This document shows positions 48,795-57,598 of a DNA stretch of 64,000 bases, one piece after another. Position 1 is the first letter of the stretch; each line of letters begins with the position of its first letter. The DNA is from Candidatus Latescibacterota bacterium (GTDB lineage: Bacteria > Latescibacterota > UBA2968 > GCA-2709665), in contig OZ241917.1 of NCBI GenBank assembly GCA_965203805.1, positions 3,104,001 through 3,168,000 of the forward strand, in the 5' to 3' direction. Made by a program: the position numbers and the translations under genes. Below the pieces are notes generated by a model. It searched no databases and was not told where the DNA came from. It saw only the letters and a program-made list of their open reading frames with translations.

Positions 48795-49907
48795 ATGGCC
48801 AACGATCCTCCGTTTGCGCGTGAGACCATTGCGATTGTGGGTGTGGGCCTGATTGGCGGTTCTCTTGGCGCGGGGTTCAAGAGTCTGGGCATCGGGCGAC
48901 GCATCGTTGGCATCGGCAGGCAGGAGACGCTGGATGCGGCAGGCAATCTGAACGTCATCGACGCGGGCTATCGGTACGAGGAGCTCGCAACCGGGATTCG
49001 CGAAGCCGCGCTCGTCTTCCTCTGCACCCCCATTGCACGTATTCTGGACCTGCTGCCGGAGGTGCTGGCGGCGGCGCGGCAGGATGCGGTCGTGACCGAC
49101 GTGGGCAGCACCAAGCACGCGATTGTTTCCGCCGCGGCAGCCCATCGACGGGTCGGCGTGCATTTCGTGGGCGGGCACCCGATGGCGGGTTCCGAGCACC
49201 GCGGGGTTGGCGCGGCGGATCCGTTCCTGTTTCAGAATGCGATCTACGTACTGACACCCTCGCCGGACACGCCCGATTTCGCGGTCGAAATGCTCTCACG
49301 CCTCGTCAGGACGCTCGGGGCGAGACCGATGAGGATGACGCCCCGGGAACACGACCGGGCGGCGGCGGCGGTAAGTCACCTTCCGCAGATGATGGCCACA
49401 AGCCTGGTTTCCATGATCGGACGGATGACCGAGGCCGAAGGGCTCCCGATTCGGATGGCGGCGGGCGGGTTTCGGGATCTCACGCGCATTGCTTCCAGCC
49501 CGTATGAAATGTGGCGGGATATCTGCCGAACAAACGCGGTCCCGATCCGTGAGATGATCGATCGGTATATCGAGTCGCTGGCGGCGATTCGCGGGGCCGT
49601 GGACGAAGACCGGCTGGAGCAGTCGTTTGCCACTGCGAACCGGGTACGCGGTCAGATCCCGAAGGACTCCAAGGGATTCTTGCATCCCCTGCACGAAATA
49701 CTCCTGGTGGCGGAAGACAAGCCCGGCGTGATCGCCGACGTCGCCCGGACGCTGGCCGCAGCGAGAATCAACATCAACGACATCGAGGTGTTGAACGTCC
49801 GTGAGGGAGAAGGAGGCACCATCCGGATGGGTTTCGATTCACGTCCATGCGCGGAACAGGCCGCAGACATGTTGGGGAAGGCGGGATACAGCGTCAGATT
49901 GCGGTAA
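48795..49907 (+). CDS. tyrA: Prephenate/arogenate dehydrogenase with C-terminal ACT domain
   Basis: GVGLIGGS, DVGSTK, GGHPMAGSE, SHLP, GGFRDLTRIASS. ACT domain EDKPGVIA. Confidence 0.93.
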   Translation: MANDPPFARETIAIVGVGLIGGSLGAGFKSLGIGRRIVGIGRQETLDAAGNLNVIDAGYRYEELATGIREAALVFLCTPIARILDLLPEVLAAARQDAVVTDVGSTKHAIVSAAAAHRRVGVHFVGGHPMAGSEHRGVGAADPFLFQNAIYVLTPSPDTPDFAVEMLSRLVRTLGARPMRMTPREHDRAAAAVSHLPQMMATSLVSMIGRMTEAEGLPIRMAAGGFRDLTRIASSPYEMWRDICRTNAVPIREMIDRYIESLAAIRGAVDEDRLEQSFATANRVRGQIPKDSKGFLHPLHEILLVAEDKPGVIADVARTLAAARININDIEVLNVREGEGGTIRMGFDSRPCAEQAADMLGKAGYSVRLR

Positions 49908-49992
49908 ATGGATGCATCCGGAACGGGAGACGATCGAGCGGAATCCATGGCTGTCCGTCCTGTAATGACTCCAATTTGAAAAAGGGGCGGTT

Positions 49993-51300
49993 TTGGAATT
50001 CACGGGCTCATTGATTACCGAAGGCGCGATCAGCCCTTCATCCGGGCTGGTGGGGACGTGCGACCTCCCCGGCGATGCTGACGTGTCGATAATGGCCCTG
50101 GCGCTATCGTCCAATGCCGATGGCGTCTCCCGGATTCACAGGTGTTCGCGAAAACCCGATGTCGAGCGTGCTGCGGAACTGCTGACGGCACTCGGGATTT
50201 CGGTCGCGTGGGACGCCGAGACCGCGACGGTAACCGGCGGCGACGTCCGGGCGCCCGCCGACGCACTGCATGTGGGCGGGTCCCTGGTTCTGTTTTCCTG
50301 TCTGGCGGGATTGCTGTCTAATGCGCCTTTTGTCACCAGACTCTCCGGGGTCTCGGCGGATGCAGGCGTCGACCGGATCGTCGATGCGCTCCGCAGCCTG
50401 GGCGCCAGCCTGGAGATATCGCACGAGGACGGGATATCGGCGAGTGTCGGAGGGGACAGGTTAACACCCGGATCCTACCGCGCCGGGCTTCCCGAACCGG
50501 CGGTGAAGTGCGGCATGTTGTTGGCCGGTGTGGGTGTGGACGGGCCCGTCGAACTGGTGCAGGACAGCGGTGGGGATGACGATCTGGAAGTGTTGCTGCA
50601 AGCTGCGGGATGCGGGCTGAAAAAGAGGCGGATCAAGGGCGCCGGAGGTCGTCGGCTGACGTTGGAAGGCCCCGCACGGCTCCGCGGCGTGACTCATGAG
50701 TTGCCGGGCGGTTCGGATGCGGCGCTTGTTCTTGCGCTCGCGGCGGCGATGTTGAGTCGTTCCGAATTGACGGTAACTCATATCGGACTGGATTCGATGA
50801 GCCGCAGCATCGTGGACCTGCTGCGCAGAATGAACGTGTCGATGGACGTGGAGCAATACCGGACTGAGTCCGGCTTTCCCGTACGACGGGTCCGGATCGG
50901 GTCGTCGGAATTGCGTGGCGTAAAGATCGCCGGCGCGACTGCCGGGCGCCTTTTGGACGAGCTCCCCATCCTGGCGGCCGCGGGCGCGGTTTCCAGGGGC
51001 GAAACGATCATTCGGAATGCCGAGGCGTTGAGGGACGGCGAGGTAGACTGCATTTCAGTACTGGTGGAAAACCTGAGAAAGATGCAGGTTCAGGTCGGGG
51101 AGATGCCCGACGGACTGGTTGTAAAGGGCGGTCAACCGCAGGGCGCCGAACTGGATGCCGCCGGCGACGCCCGCGTGACATTGGCGCTCACACTGGCTGC
51201 GCTTGCGAGCGAAGGGGAGACCCGTCTGATGAACCCCGGTCCGGTGGACCGGATGTATCCCGGGATCATGGATAGATTGGCCGCGGTTTCAGTCGGATAG
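49993..51300 (+). CDS. aroA: EPSP synthase (AroA)-fold protein with degenerate active site
   Basis: Full-length AroA scaffold (LPGD, LDELPIL, G.T.IRNAE.LR..E.D, GD.R) in the canonical position after tyrA, but substrate-binding motifs are substituted. Confidence 0.75.
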   Translation: MEFTGSLITEGAISPSSGLVGTCDLPGDADVSIMALALSSNADGVSRIHRCSRKPDVERAAELLTALGISVAWDAETATVTGGDVRAPADALHVGGSLVLFSCLAGLLSNAPFVTRLSGVSADAGVDRIVDALRSLGASLEISHEDGISASVGGDRLTPGSYRAGLPEPAVKCGMLLAGVGVDGPVELVQDSGGDDDLEVLLQAAGCGLKKRRIKGAGGRRLTLEGPARLRGVTHELPGGSDAALVLALAAAMLSRSELTVTHIGLDSMSRSIVDLLRRMNVSMDVEQYRTESGFPVRRVRIGSSELRGVKIAGATAGRLLDELPILAAAGAVSRGETIIRNAEALRDGEVDCISVLVENLRKMQVQVGEMPDGLVVKGGQPQGAELDAAGDARVTLALTLAALASEGETRLMNPGPVDRMYPGIMDRLAAVSVG

Positions 51301-51384
51301 GCCGCGCAGGTCGTTCAATTGCCCGCCACGGATCGTCGCGACACGATACGCTGCGGGTTAATCATCGGTATGAGGAGAGTCCTT

Positions 51385-51525
51385 ATGAGACTGGTTGTCA
51401 GGTTGTTCCTTCTCGCGTTGCTCGTGTTTCTGGGTGGTGTTGTGTTCATTCGGTACACCTACAATTGTTCCTGGAAAGAGAGTTTTGCAATTGCCGACCA
51501 GTTTGTGTCTGACCTGACCGGGTGA
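51385..51525 (+). CDS. Small single-TM membrane protein (46 aa)
   Basis: RBS GAGGAG 7 nt before ATG. Hydrophobic LFLLALLVFLGGVVFI segment. Confidence 0.55.
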   Translation: MRLVVRLFLLALLVFLGGVVFIRYTYNCSWKESFAIADQFVSDLTG

Positions 51526-51581
51526 ACGGGTGTGACAGGATTTCGGCTGGCGGGACGCAGCCACAATAAAGTCCAAGTACA

Positions 51582-52460
51582 GTGGGGCTCGTTTTGGGTA
51601 TTGTCTCAACCACGCGGCTGCTGGGAGTGATCGGCGACCCGATTGCCCATTCGCTATCGCCGGACATGCACAATGCGGCCATCGGCGTTCTCGAAACGGA
51701 CTACTGTTACGTGGCATTCCACGTTTTGCCGGACAGGGTTGAATCGGCACTCCGGGGTATGCGTGCATTGCAGATCCGGGGATTGAACGTAACCCTTCCC
51801 CACAAGACCGCGGTGATGGCGCACCTCGATCGGATTTCGGAAGAAGCGCTGGCCGTAGGCGCGGTGAATACGATTTCTTTCGAGGAGGGCGATCTCGTCG
51901 GCTACAATACCGATGTGTACGGGCTGGCCACCGCGCTGGAGCGGACGGCGGGCCTCGCGGTATTGCCGGAGCACTGCGTGATTCTGGGTGCGGGCGGCGT
52001 CGCGAGAGCCGCCGTTTACGCGCTGGCAACGAATGACGACGTGCGCCGCGTGAGCATACTCAATCGGACCGTTGCCCGGGCGGAAGCGCTTGCGCATGAT
52101 ATGGAAAGGATCACGGGAAAGGCAATAGACACGGGCGACCTGACGGCAGACACCCAGTCGAGAGTGTTCGCGGATGCCGGCCTGGTTGTAAACGGGACGT
52201 CGCTGGGGATGGTTCCGGACGTGGAGCGGACGCCGCTGGCCGACACTTCTGCGCTTCACTCTGAACTCGTTCTTTACGATACGGTCTTCAACCCGCTGGA
52301 TACGCTGCTGATGCGGCAGTTCCGGTCCGCGGGCGCGCCGGCTTTTGGTGGACTGGATATGCTCGTGCACCAGGGTGCGCGTTCGTTTGCCATCTGGACG
52401 GGTGTCGAGCCGCCCGTCGACGTGATGAAGCGGGCGATTATCGGACGGTTTCGGGAATAG
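51582..52460 (+). CDS. aroE: Shikimate dehydrogenase
   Basis: GDPIAHSLSP, NVTLPHK, GAVNT, GYNTD, GAGG, MLVHQG. Confidence 0.95.
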   Translation: MGLVLGIVSTTRLLGVIGDPIAHSLSPDMHNAAIGVLETDYCYVAFHVLPDRVESALRGMRALQIRGLNVTLPHKTAVMAHLDRISEEALAVGAVNTISFEEGDLVGYNTDVYGLATALERTAGLAVLPEHCVILGAGGVARAAVYALATNDDVRRVSILNRTVARAEALAHDMERITGKAIDTGDLTADTQSRVFADAGLVVNGTSLGMVPDVERTPLADTSALHSELVLYDTVFNPLDTLLMRQFRSAGAPAFGGLDMLVHQGARSFAIWTGVEPPVDVMKRAIIGRFRE

Positions 52461-52462
52461 CG

Positions 52463-53215
52463 GTGGCTAGCTCCCATCTTCAGGAACGCAATGCCAGGCG
52501 GGCCTTTGTGCGCCAGATGTTCGACGGCATTGCGGGCACCTACGATTTGTTGAACCACCTGTTGAGTGCCGGCGCGGACATCCTCTGGCGGCGATGGACC
52601 ATCGACGCGCTGGCATTGGAACCGGGCTGGTGGATCCTGGACCTTGCAACCGGTACGGGCGACCTGGGTCTCGAAGCGGCTGCACGCGATCCGGGGGTGC
52701 GGGTTGTGGGTGCGGACCTTTCCCGGCCGATGCTGCGGCTGGGAAACAAGAAACAGCAGAAGAGATCCGGCCGGCTTTTTTTTCTTTGCGGAGACGCGGA
52801 GCGGCTGCCGTTTCCCGATGCGCGTTTTCAGGCCGTAACCATTGGCTTCGGGGTACGGAACTTTTCGGACCTGGCGACCGGATTGCGGGAAATATACCGG
52901 GTGATGCGTCCGGGGGGCCGGCTGGCAATCCTGGAATTCTCCCGGCCCAGGGCGTTTCTGTTGCGCAGGGTCTACTTCTTCTATTTCAAATATATCCTGC
53001 CCGGGATCGGCCGGGTCGTTTCCCGGAATCCCCGGGCATATCGGTATCTATACGAATCTGTAATGGGTTTTCCTGAAGGGGACGCATTCCTGAGACGTCT
53101 GGCGCGGGCCGGATTTGTGGAACCTGAGGAACGCCGGTTCTCCTTTGGCATCGCCACACTCTACCTGGCGTTGAAACCGTCTGAAGAGCGGGTAGACGTA
53201 AGACGGGAGACGTGA
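52463..53215 (+). CDS. ubiE: UbiE/MenG family quinone C-methyltransferase
   Basis: MFDGIA..YDLLNHLLS, LDLATGTGD, GDAERLPF, FGVRN, YRYLYES. Confidence 0.9.
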   Translation: MASSHLQERNARRAFVRQMFDGIAGTYDLLNHLLSAGADILWRRWTIDALALEPGWWILDLATGTGDLGLEAAARDPGVRVVGADLSRPMLRLGNKKQQKRSGRLFFLCGDAERLPFPDARFQAVTIGFGVRNFSDLATGLREIYRVMRPGGRLAILEFSRPRAFLLRRVYFFYFKYILPGIGRVVSRNPRAYRYLYESVMGFPEGDAFLRRLARAGFVEPEERRFSFGIATLYLALKPSEERVDVRRET

Positions 53216-53278
53216 GAAGACATGAGTGCCTGAAGAGCGGGTAGACGCAAGACGGGAGACGTGAGATGACATGAGTGC
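53181..53278 (+). repeat. 49-bp tandem direct repeat (2 copies) containing heptamer subrepeats
   Basis: CTGAAGAGCGGGTAGACG(T/C)AAGACGGGAGACGTGAGA(A/T)GACATGAGTGC twice, 2 mismatches. Confidence 0.9.
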
Positions 53279-53358
53279 CCTACGGTTTTTCTCGTCGTTA
53301 CCATAGTCGGTAAAGAAACAGGCATGGTTAGCGTGAAAACACTGTGGTAACGTTATCA

Positions 53359-53478
53359 TCTACCGTCTACCGTCTCACCGCCTTCATCTACCGTCTCACG
53401 TCTCACGTCTCACCGCTTTTAGGTTTTCATTCTTAATTCTTCATTCTTAATTCTTCATTCTTCCTTCTCCCGTCTCAC
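53359..53478 (+). repeat. Heptamer tandem repeats (GTCTACC/GTCTCAC and TTCATTC/TTAATTC)
   Basis: Directly visible arrays. The GTCTCAC/GTCTACC units are reverse complements of the GTGAGAC/GGTAGAC-type units at 53190-53270. Confidence 0.85.
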
Positions 53479-53523
53479 CGCCCTTATTTGCTTCTCGATT
53501 GCCGCGAGAAGAGGTACTCCTGA

Positions 53524-55227
53524 ATGGACAATCCATTCATTGATGAAATCGTATCGCAGGTCTCAATAGCGACTGACACGCGTCCCGATGAGGTGAGGCC
53601 GCTGATCGAAGTCCCTCCCAAACCCGAGATGGGAGATTACGCGCTGCCTTGTTTCGGGCTTGCAAGAACGCTTCGGAAGGCGCCGAATCAGATCGCGAGG
53701 GATCTTGAAGCGCGAGTGCGCACGGGCGCGCGCATTGCCCGGGTGAGCGCCGTGGGCCCGTATCTCAATATCTTCCTGAGCCAGACCGAATTCGTCCGGG
53801 AAACGCTTTCGCGGATTCTCGCCAGCGGCAGGCAGTTCGGACACAGCCGGGCGGGCGCCGGGAAAACGGTCGTTATCGATTTCTCGTCACCGAATATCTC
53901 CAAGCCGTTCACGATAGCCCACATCCGTTCGACGGCAATCGGGAATTCGCTCTGCAGGATTTACGGGGCGCTCGGCTGGAACGTGATCGGCATCAATCAC
54001 CTCGGCGACTGGGGCGCCCCGCACGGGATGAACATCGCGGCGTACAAGCGTTGGGGAGATGCGAACGCAGTCCGCAGGAATCCTCCCTTCGAGCTGTTCA
54101 ATCTGTACGTGAAGTTCAATGCCGAGATGGAAAAAGATCCGTCTCTCGGCGACGACGTCAAGCTCTGGACCAGGAAACTGGAGGCCGGCGATGCCGAGGC
54201 GCTGCGGCTGTGGAAATGGTTCCGGGAAGAGACCATAAGCGACTTCAGACGAATTTACGAATTGTTGGACGTGACATTTACCGAATACACGGGTGAGAGT
54301 TTTTTCCATGACAAGGTGGGGCCGGTTGTCGACGAATTGAAGGCAAAAGGGCTTGCCGTGGAAAGCGAGGGCGCCCTCGTTGTCATGCTGGACGACGACG
54401 ACATGCCGCCGGCGATCGTCCAGACGGGACACGACACCAGCGTCTATCTCACGCGGGACCTGGCCGCTGCGATTTACCGGAAGGAAACCTACGACTTCGA
54501 TAAGTTGATCTATGCGACCGACGCCGGCCAGTCCCTGCATTTCCGGCAGCTTTTCAAGGTGCTGGAACGGATGGGCCATGAATGGGCGAAAGACTGTGTC
54601 CACGTCCCGTTCGGCATTATTTCCTTCAAGGAGGGACGGATGTCGAGCCGCAGGGGCAACGTGATTTTTCTGGAGGACGTGCTGAACCGCGCTGTTGAGT
54701 TGACACGCGGAATAATCGATAACAAGAATCCGAATCTTCCCGATAGGGACGCGATCGCCCGGGACGTGGGCATCGGCGCGGTGGTCTACGCCGACCTGGA
54801 TTCGCGCCGGACGCGGGACGTGGTATTCGACTGGGATGAGATCCTGAATTTCAATGGCGAGACCGGCCCCTACGTTCAATATACCCATGCGCGCTACTGC
54901 AGCGTGCTGCGCAGGTACGGAGCCGCCGTGCCTCCGGCCGGGGCGGACCTTTCTCTGTTGACCGAAACCGAGACCGTGGCCGTGGTCAAGTGCCTGGAAC
55001 GGTTTCCGCAGCGTATCCGGAACGCGGCCGAGGCCTCTGAGCCGTCTCTGATTGCCGGGTACCTGATCGAACTCTGTGCGGAGGCGAACCGGTTTTACAA
55101 CGCCCACCGGGTCATTTCAGAAGACGCGACCCTGACCCGGGCGCGTATCGCTCTCGTTTATTCGATCACCGCCGTGCTGGCAGCCGGACTCCATCTGCTG
55201 GGCCTGAAGGCGCCGGAGGAAATGTGA
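53524..55227 (+). CDS. argS: Arginine--tRNA ligase
   Basis: IDFSSPNISKP..IAHIRS, NHLGDWG, MSSRRG, GETGPYVQYTHAR. Ends PEEM. Confidence 0.96.
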   Translation: MDNPFIDEIVSQVSIATDTRPDEVRPLIEVPPKPEMGDYALPCFGLARTLRKAPNQIARDLEARVRTGARIARVSAVGPYLNIFLSQTEFVRETLSRILASGRQFGHSRAGAGKTVVIDFSSPNISKPFTIAHIRSTAIGNSLCRIYGALGWNVIGINHLGDWGAPHGMNIAAYKRWGDANAVRRNPPFELFNLYVKFNAEMEKDPSLGDDVKLWTRKLEAGDAEALRLWKWFREETISDFRRIYELLDVTFTEYTGESFFHDKVGPVVDELKAKGLAVESEGALVVMLDDDDMPPAIVQTGHDTSVYLTRDLAAAIYRKETYDFDKLIYATDAGQSLHFRQLFKVLERMGHEWAKDCVHVPFGIISFKEGRMSSRRGNVIFLEDVLNRAVELTRGIIDNKNPNLPDRDAIARDVGIGAVVYADLDSRRTRDVVFDWDEILNFNGETGPYVQYTHARYCSVLRRYGAAVPPAGADLSLLTETETVAVVKCLERFPQRIRNAAEASEPSLIAGYLIELCAEANRFYNAHRVISEDATLTRARIALVYSITAVLAAGLHLLGLKAPEEM

Positions 55228-55787
55228 GTCAGACCGCGCATGGTTCTCTGCTGCGGGGCAGGCAGATTTTCCTGACCGGTTTCATGGCGACCGGAAAGAG
55301 CAAGGTCGGGCCGATTCTGGCGCGGCGCCTGGACCGGGTATTCGCGGATACGGACGAGTTGATCGTGGAGGCGGCCGGGAAGTCGATCCCCCAGGTCTTC
55401 GCGGAAGACGGAGAGGCCGCATTCCGCCGTATCGAGCGCGGCTGCGTGGCACGCGCGGCCGCAATGCCCCATGCTGTCATTGCTCTGGGCGGCGGCGCCG
55501 TGACGCAGGAAGGCAACTGGGAAACGATTCAAGCGTCCGGCGTCTGCCTGTGTCTGCGGGCATCGGCGGAGACCATTTTCAAGCGCTTGCGAAGGACAGA
55601 AGGAGAACGGCCGCTGATGGCCGGTTTGCCCGATGAAGGCCGGATGGTGAAGATCCGGTCGATGCTGGCGGCCCGGACGCCGTTTTACGACCGTGCGGAC
55701 GCATTCGTGGAGTCGACGGAGTATCGCACGCCGGAAGAGACGGCTCAACTGGCGGTATCGGCTCTGGAAGGCCTTGCATTGAAATAA
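55224..55787 (+). CDS. aroK: Shikimate kinase
   Basis: GFMATGKSKVG, DTDELI, GEAAFRRIE, LGGG, RPL. Confidence 0.93.
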   Translation: MSQTAHGSLLRGRQIFLTGFMATGKSKVGPILARRLDRVFADTDELIVEAAGKSIPQVFAEDGEAAFRRIERGCVARAAAMPHAVIALGGGAVTQEGNWETIQASGVCLCLRASAETIFKRLRRTEGERPLMAGLPDEGRMVKIRSMLAARTPFYDRADAFVESTEYRTPEETAQLAVSALEGLALK

Positions 55788-55809
55788 CGGCGCTGGAAGG
55801 CCACCGCTT

Positions 55810-56958
55810 ATGGAATCTCAAGTCGCTCAGAACGGTATGGAGACCGTACAGGTCGATCTCGGCAGTCGGAGTTATCCGATCCTGATTGGACACGGAACCT
55901 TGTCCGGCTTTGGCAGGGCGTACGCGACGAGGGGATTGGGGTCGGCCGCGGCGATCGTGACCAACCATACGGTGGCGCCGCTCTACCTGGATCCGGTCAG
56001 GGCCGGTCTCGAGGCTCAGGGTGTGGCGGTGACGGTGGTTGAAGTCCCCGATGGAGAAGAATACAAGACACTGGAGACAGCCGGCCGGATATACGGCGAA
56101 CTGATAAAGGCGGGCCTGGACCGGCGCAGTTGCGTCGTCACGCTGGGGGGCGGCGTTGTGGGCGACACCGCCGGATTCGTGGCGTCCACCTATCTGCGCG
56201 GTATCGATTTCGTGCAGGTACCCACCACCCTCGAGGCGCAGGTCGACGCCAGCGTAGGCGGCAAAACCGGGGTCGACCACCCGCTCGGCAAGAATATGAT
56301 CGGAGCGTTCTATCAGCCGAAGCTTGTATATATCGACACGGAAACGCTGATGACCCTGCCCCGGCGGGAGGTGGTTGCCGGGATGGCGGAGGTGATCAAG
56401 CACGGATTGATCCGTGATGGAGACCTCGTGCAGTTCCTGGAGCGCGAGATCGAACACGTGGCGGATCTGGCGGTTGAACCGGAAAAGCTGGTCGGTCTGA
56501 TCACTCGAAATTGCCGAATCAAAGCGGACGTCGTGGCGGCGGACGAGACCGAAGCGGGATTGAGGGAGATTCTGAACTACGGCCACACGGTTGGACACGC
56601 CGTTGAGGCGGTGACGAATTACACGGATTACAAACACGGCGAGGCCGTAATGCTGGGCATGCTGGCCGCCGGCAGAATCGGCGTCATCAAGGGGTTCTGG
56701 AAACCGTCGGAGCTGGAACGCCAGAACGCGCTGATCGAAAGACTCGGGATCCCGCCCGGCGCCCGCGCACTTGACGCGGACGAACTGATGGGACGTATGG
56801 CGAGCGACAAGAAAGCGCGGGACGGGGTGATCCGGTTTGTCCTGCCGGAGACGATCGGCCGTGCCACGTCGTGCGACACCGTCACGCGGGAGGAGATCGG
56901 AGAGGGTATCCGGTATATGCAGAAACGCTCACCCGAATCGGGTTGCAGGTCGTCGTGA
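55810..56958 (+). CDS. aroB: 3-dehydroquinate synthase
   Basis: PDGEEYK, GGGVVGD, VDASVGGKTG, LNYGHTVGHAVE, HGEAV, DKK. Confidence 0.96.
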   Translation: MESQVAQNGMETVQVDLGSRSYPILIGHGTLSGFGRAYATRGLGSAAAIVTNHTVAPLYLDPVRAGLEAQGVAVTVVEVPDGEEYKTLETAGRIYGELIKAGLDRRSCVVTLGGGVVGDTAGFVASTYLRGIDFVQVPTTLEAQVDASVGGKTGVDHPLGKNMIGAFYQPKLVYIDTETLMTLPRREVVAGMAEVIKHGLIRDGDLVQFLEREIEHVADLAVEPEKLVGLITRNCRIKADVVAADETEAGLREILNYGHTVGHAVEAVTNYTDYKHGEAVMLGMLAAGRIGVIKGFWKPSELERQNALIERLGIPPGARALDADELMGRMASDKKARDGVIRFVLPETIGRATSCDTVTREEIGEGIRYMQKRSPESGCRSS

Positions 56959-56975
56959 GCAGGCGGCCGCCGGCT

Positions 56976-57479
56976 TCAACGCGTCAACCGCTCGATGACG
57001 GCGCTGTGTTCGGGAAAGCTCCGGATCAGGTCGGCCCGATTCGCCAGTTCGAAGTCTTCGAATTCGAATCCGGGAGCGACCGTACCCCCCACCAGGGCGT
57101 ATGCGTCGGAGTCGTTCACCGTAGCGCCGTACCAGCAGCCGGCGTTGATGACCGTTGCGAACGATTCGTTGTTGTCGGGATTGTTGCCGAGCACGATCCG
57201 GTCGTATGCGCCGTTGTGGTTGATCCTATGGATGGTAATGGACGATCCTGCATAGTAGTGCCAGATTTCATCGGACTGGATGCGGTGAAGGGCGGAATAG
57301 TCGTTGCCTTCAAGGAGGAAGTAGATCGCGGTTGAGAATGTTCGGCGGCCGGCAAACCGCTTTGGGAGCGCATGGCTCGCGACGGTCTCCTCCGAGCGGT
57401 ATATTTCCCGATAGTAGCCGCCTTCGGGATGCGGCCTGAGATTCAATCTTGAAATCCAGTAATCGGCATTCCGGTCCAT
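56976..57479 (-). CDS. Cupin_5 (DUF985) family protein
   Basis: PHPEGGYYRE, TAIYFLL, HRIQSDEIWHYY, VAPGFEFEDFEL. Confidence 0.9.
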   Translation of the reverse strand: MDRNADYWISRLNLRPHPEGGYYREIYRSEETVASHALPKRFAGRRTFSTAIYFLLEGNDYSALHRIQSDEIWHYYAGSSITIHRINHNGAYDRIVLGNNPDNNESFATVINAGCWYGATVNDSDAYALVGGTVAPGFEFEDFELANRADLIRSFPEHSAVIERLTR

Positions 57480-57499
57480 GGCAATTGGAAAACCCTGTG

Positions 57500-57530
57500 G
57501 AACAGGGGCGAGGAAACCTCGCCCCTGTTC
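57500..57530. repeat. REP-like perfect hairpin
   Basis: GAACAGGGGCGAGG-AAA-CCTCGCCCCTGTTC, 14-bp stem. A degenerate relative GGGCGAGGGTCTGAAACCGCCC lies at 45255-45276. Confidence 0.5.
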
Positions 57531-57598
57531 TTGTTTTCGTGACCGCGCGCTTCCGGTTTCAGTTCAGGGAACGGGGACGCGATACACCGTGAATTCGG

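Noticed and set aside
53181-53278. Two 49-bp repeats considered as a mini-CRISPR
   Set aside because: The copies are directly adjacent with no spacer, and there are no cas genes in the window.
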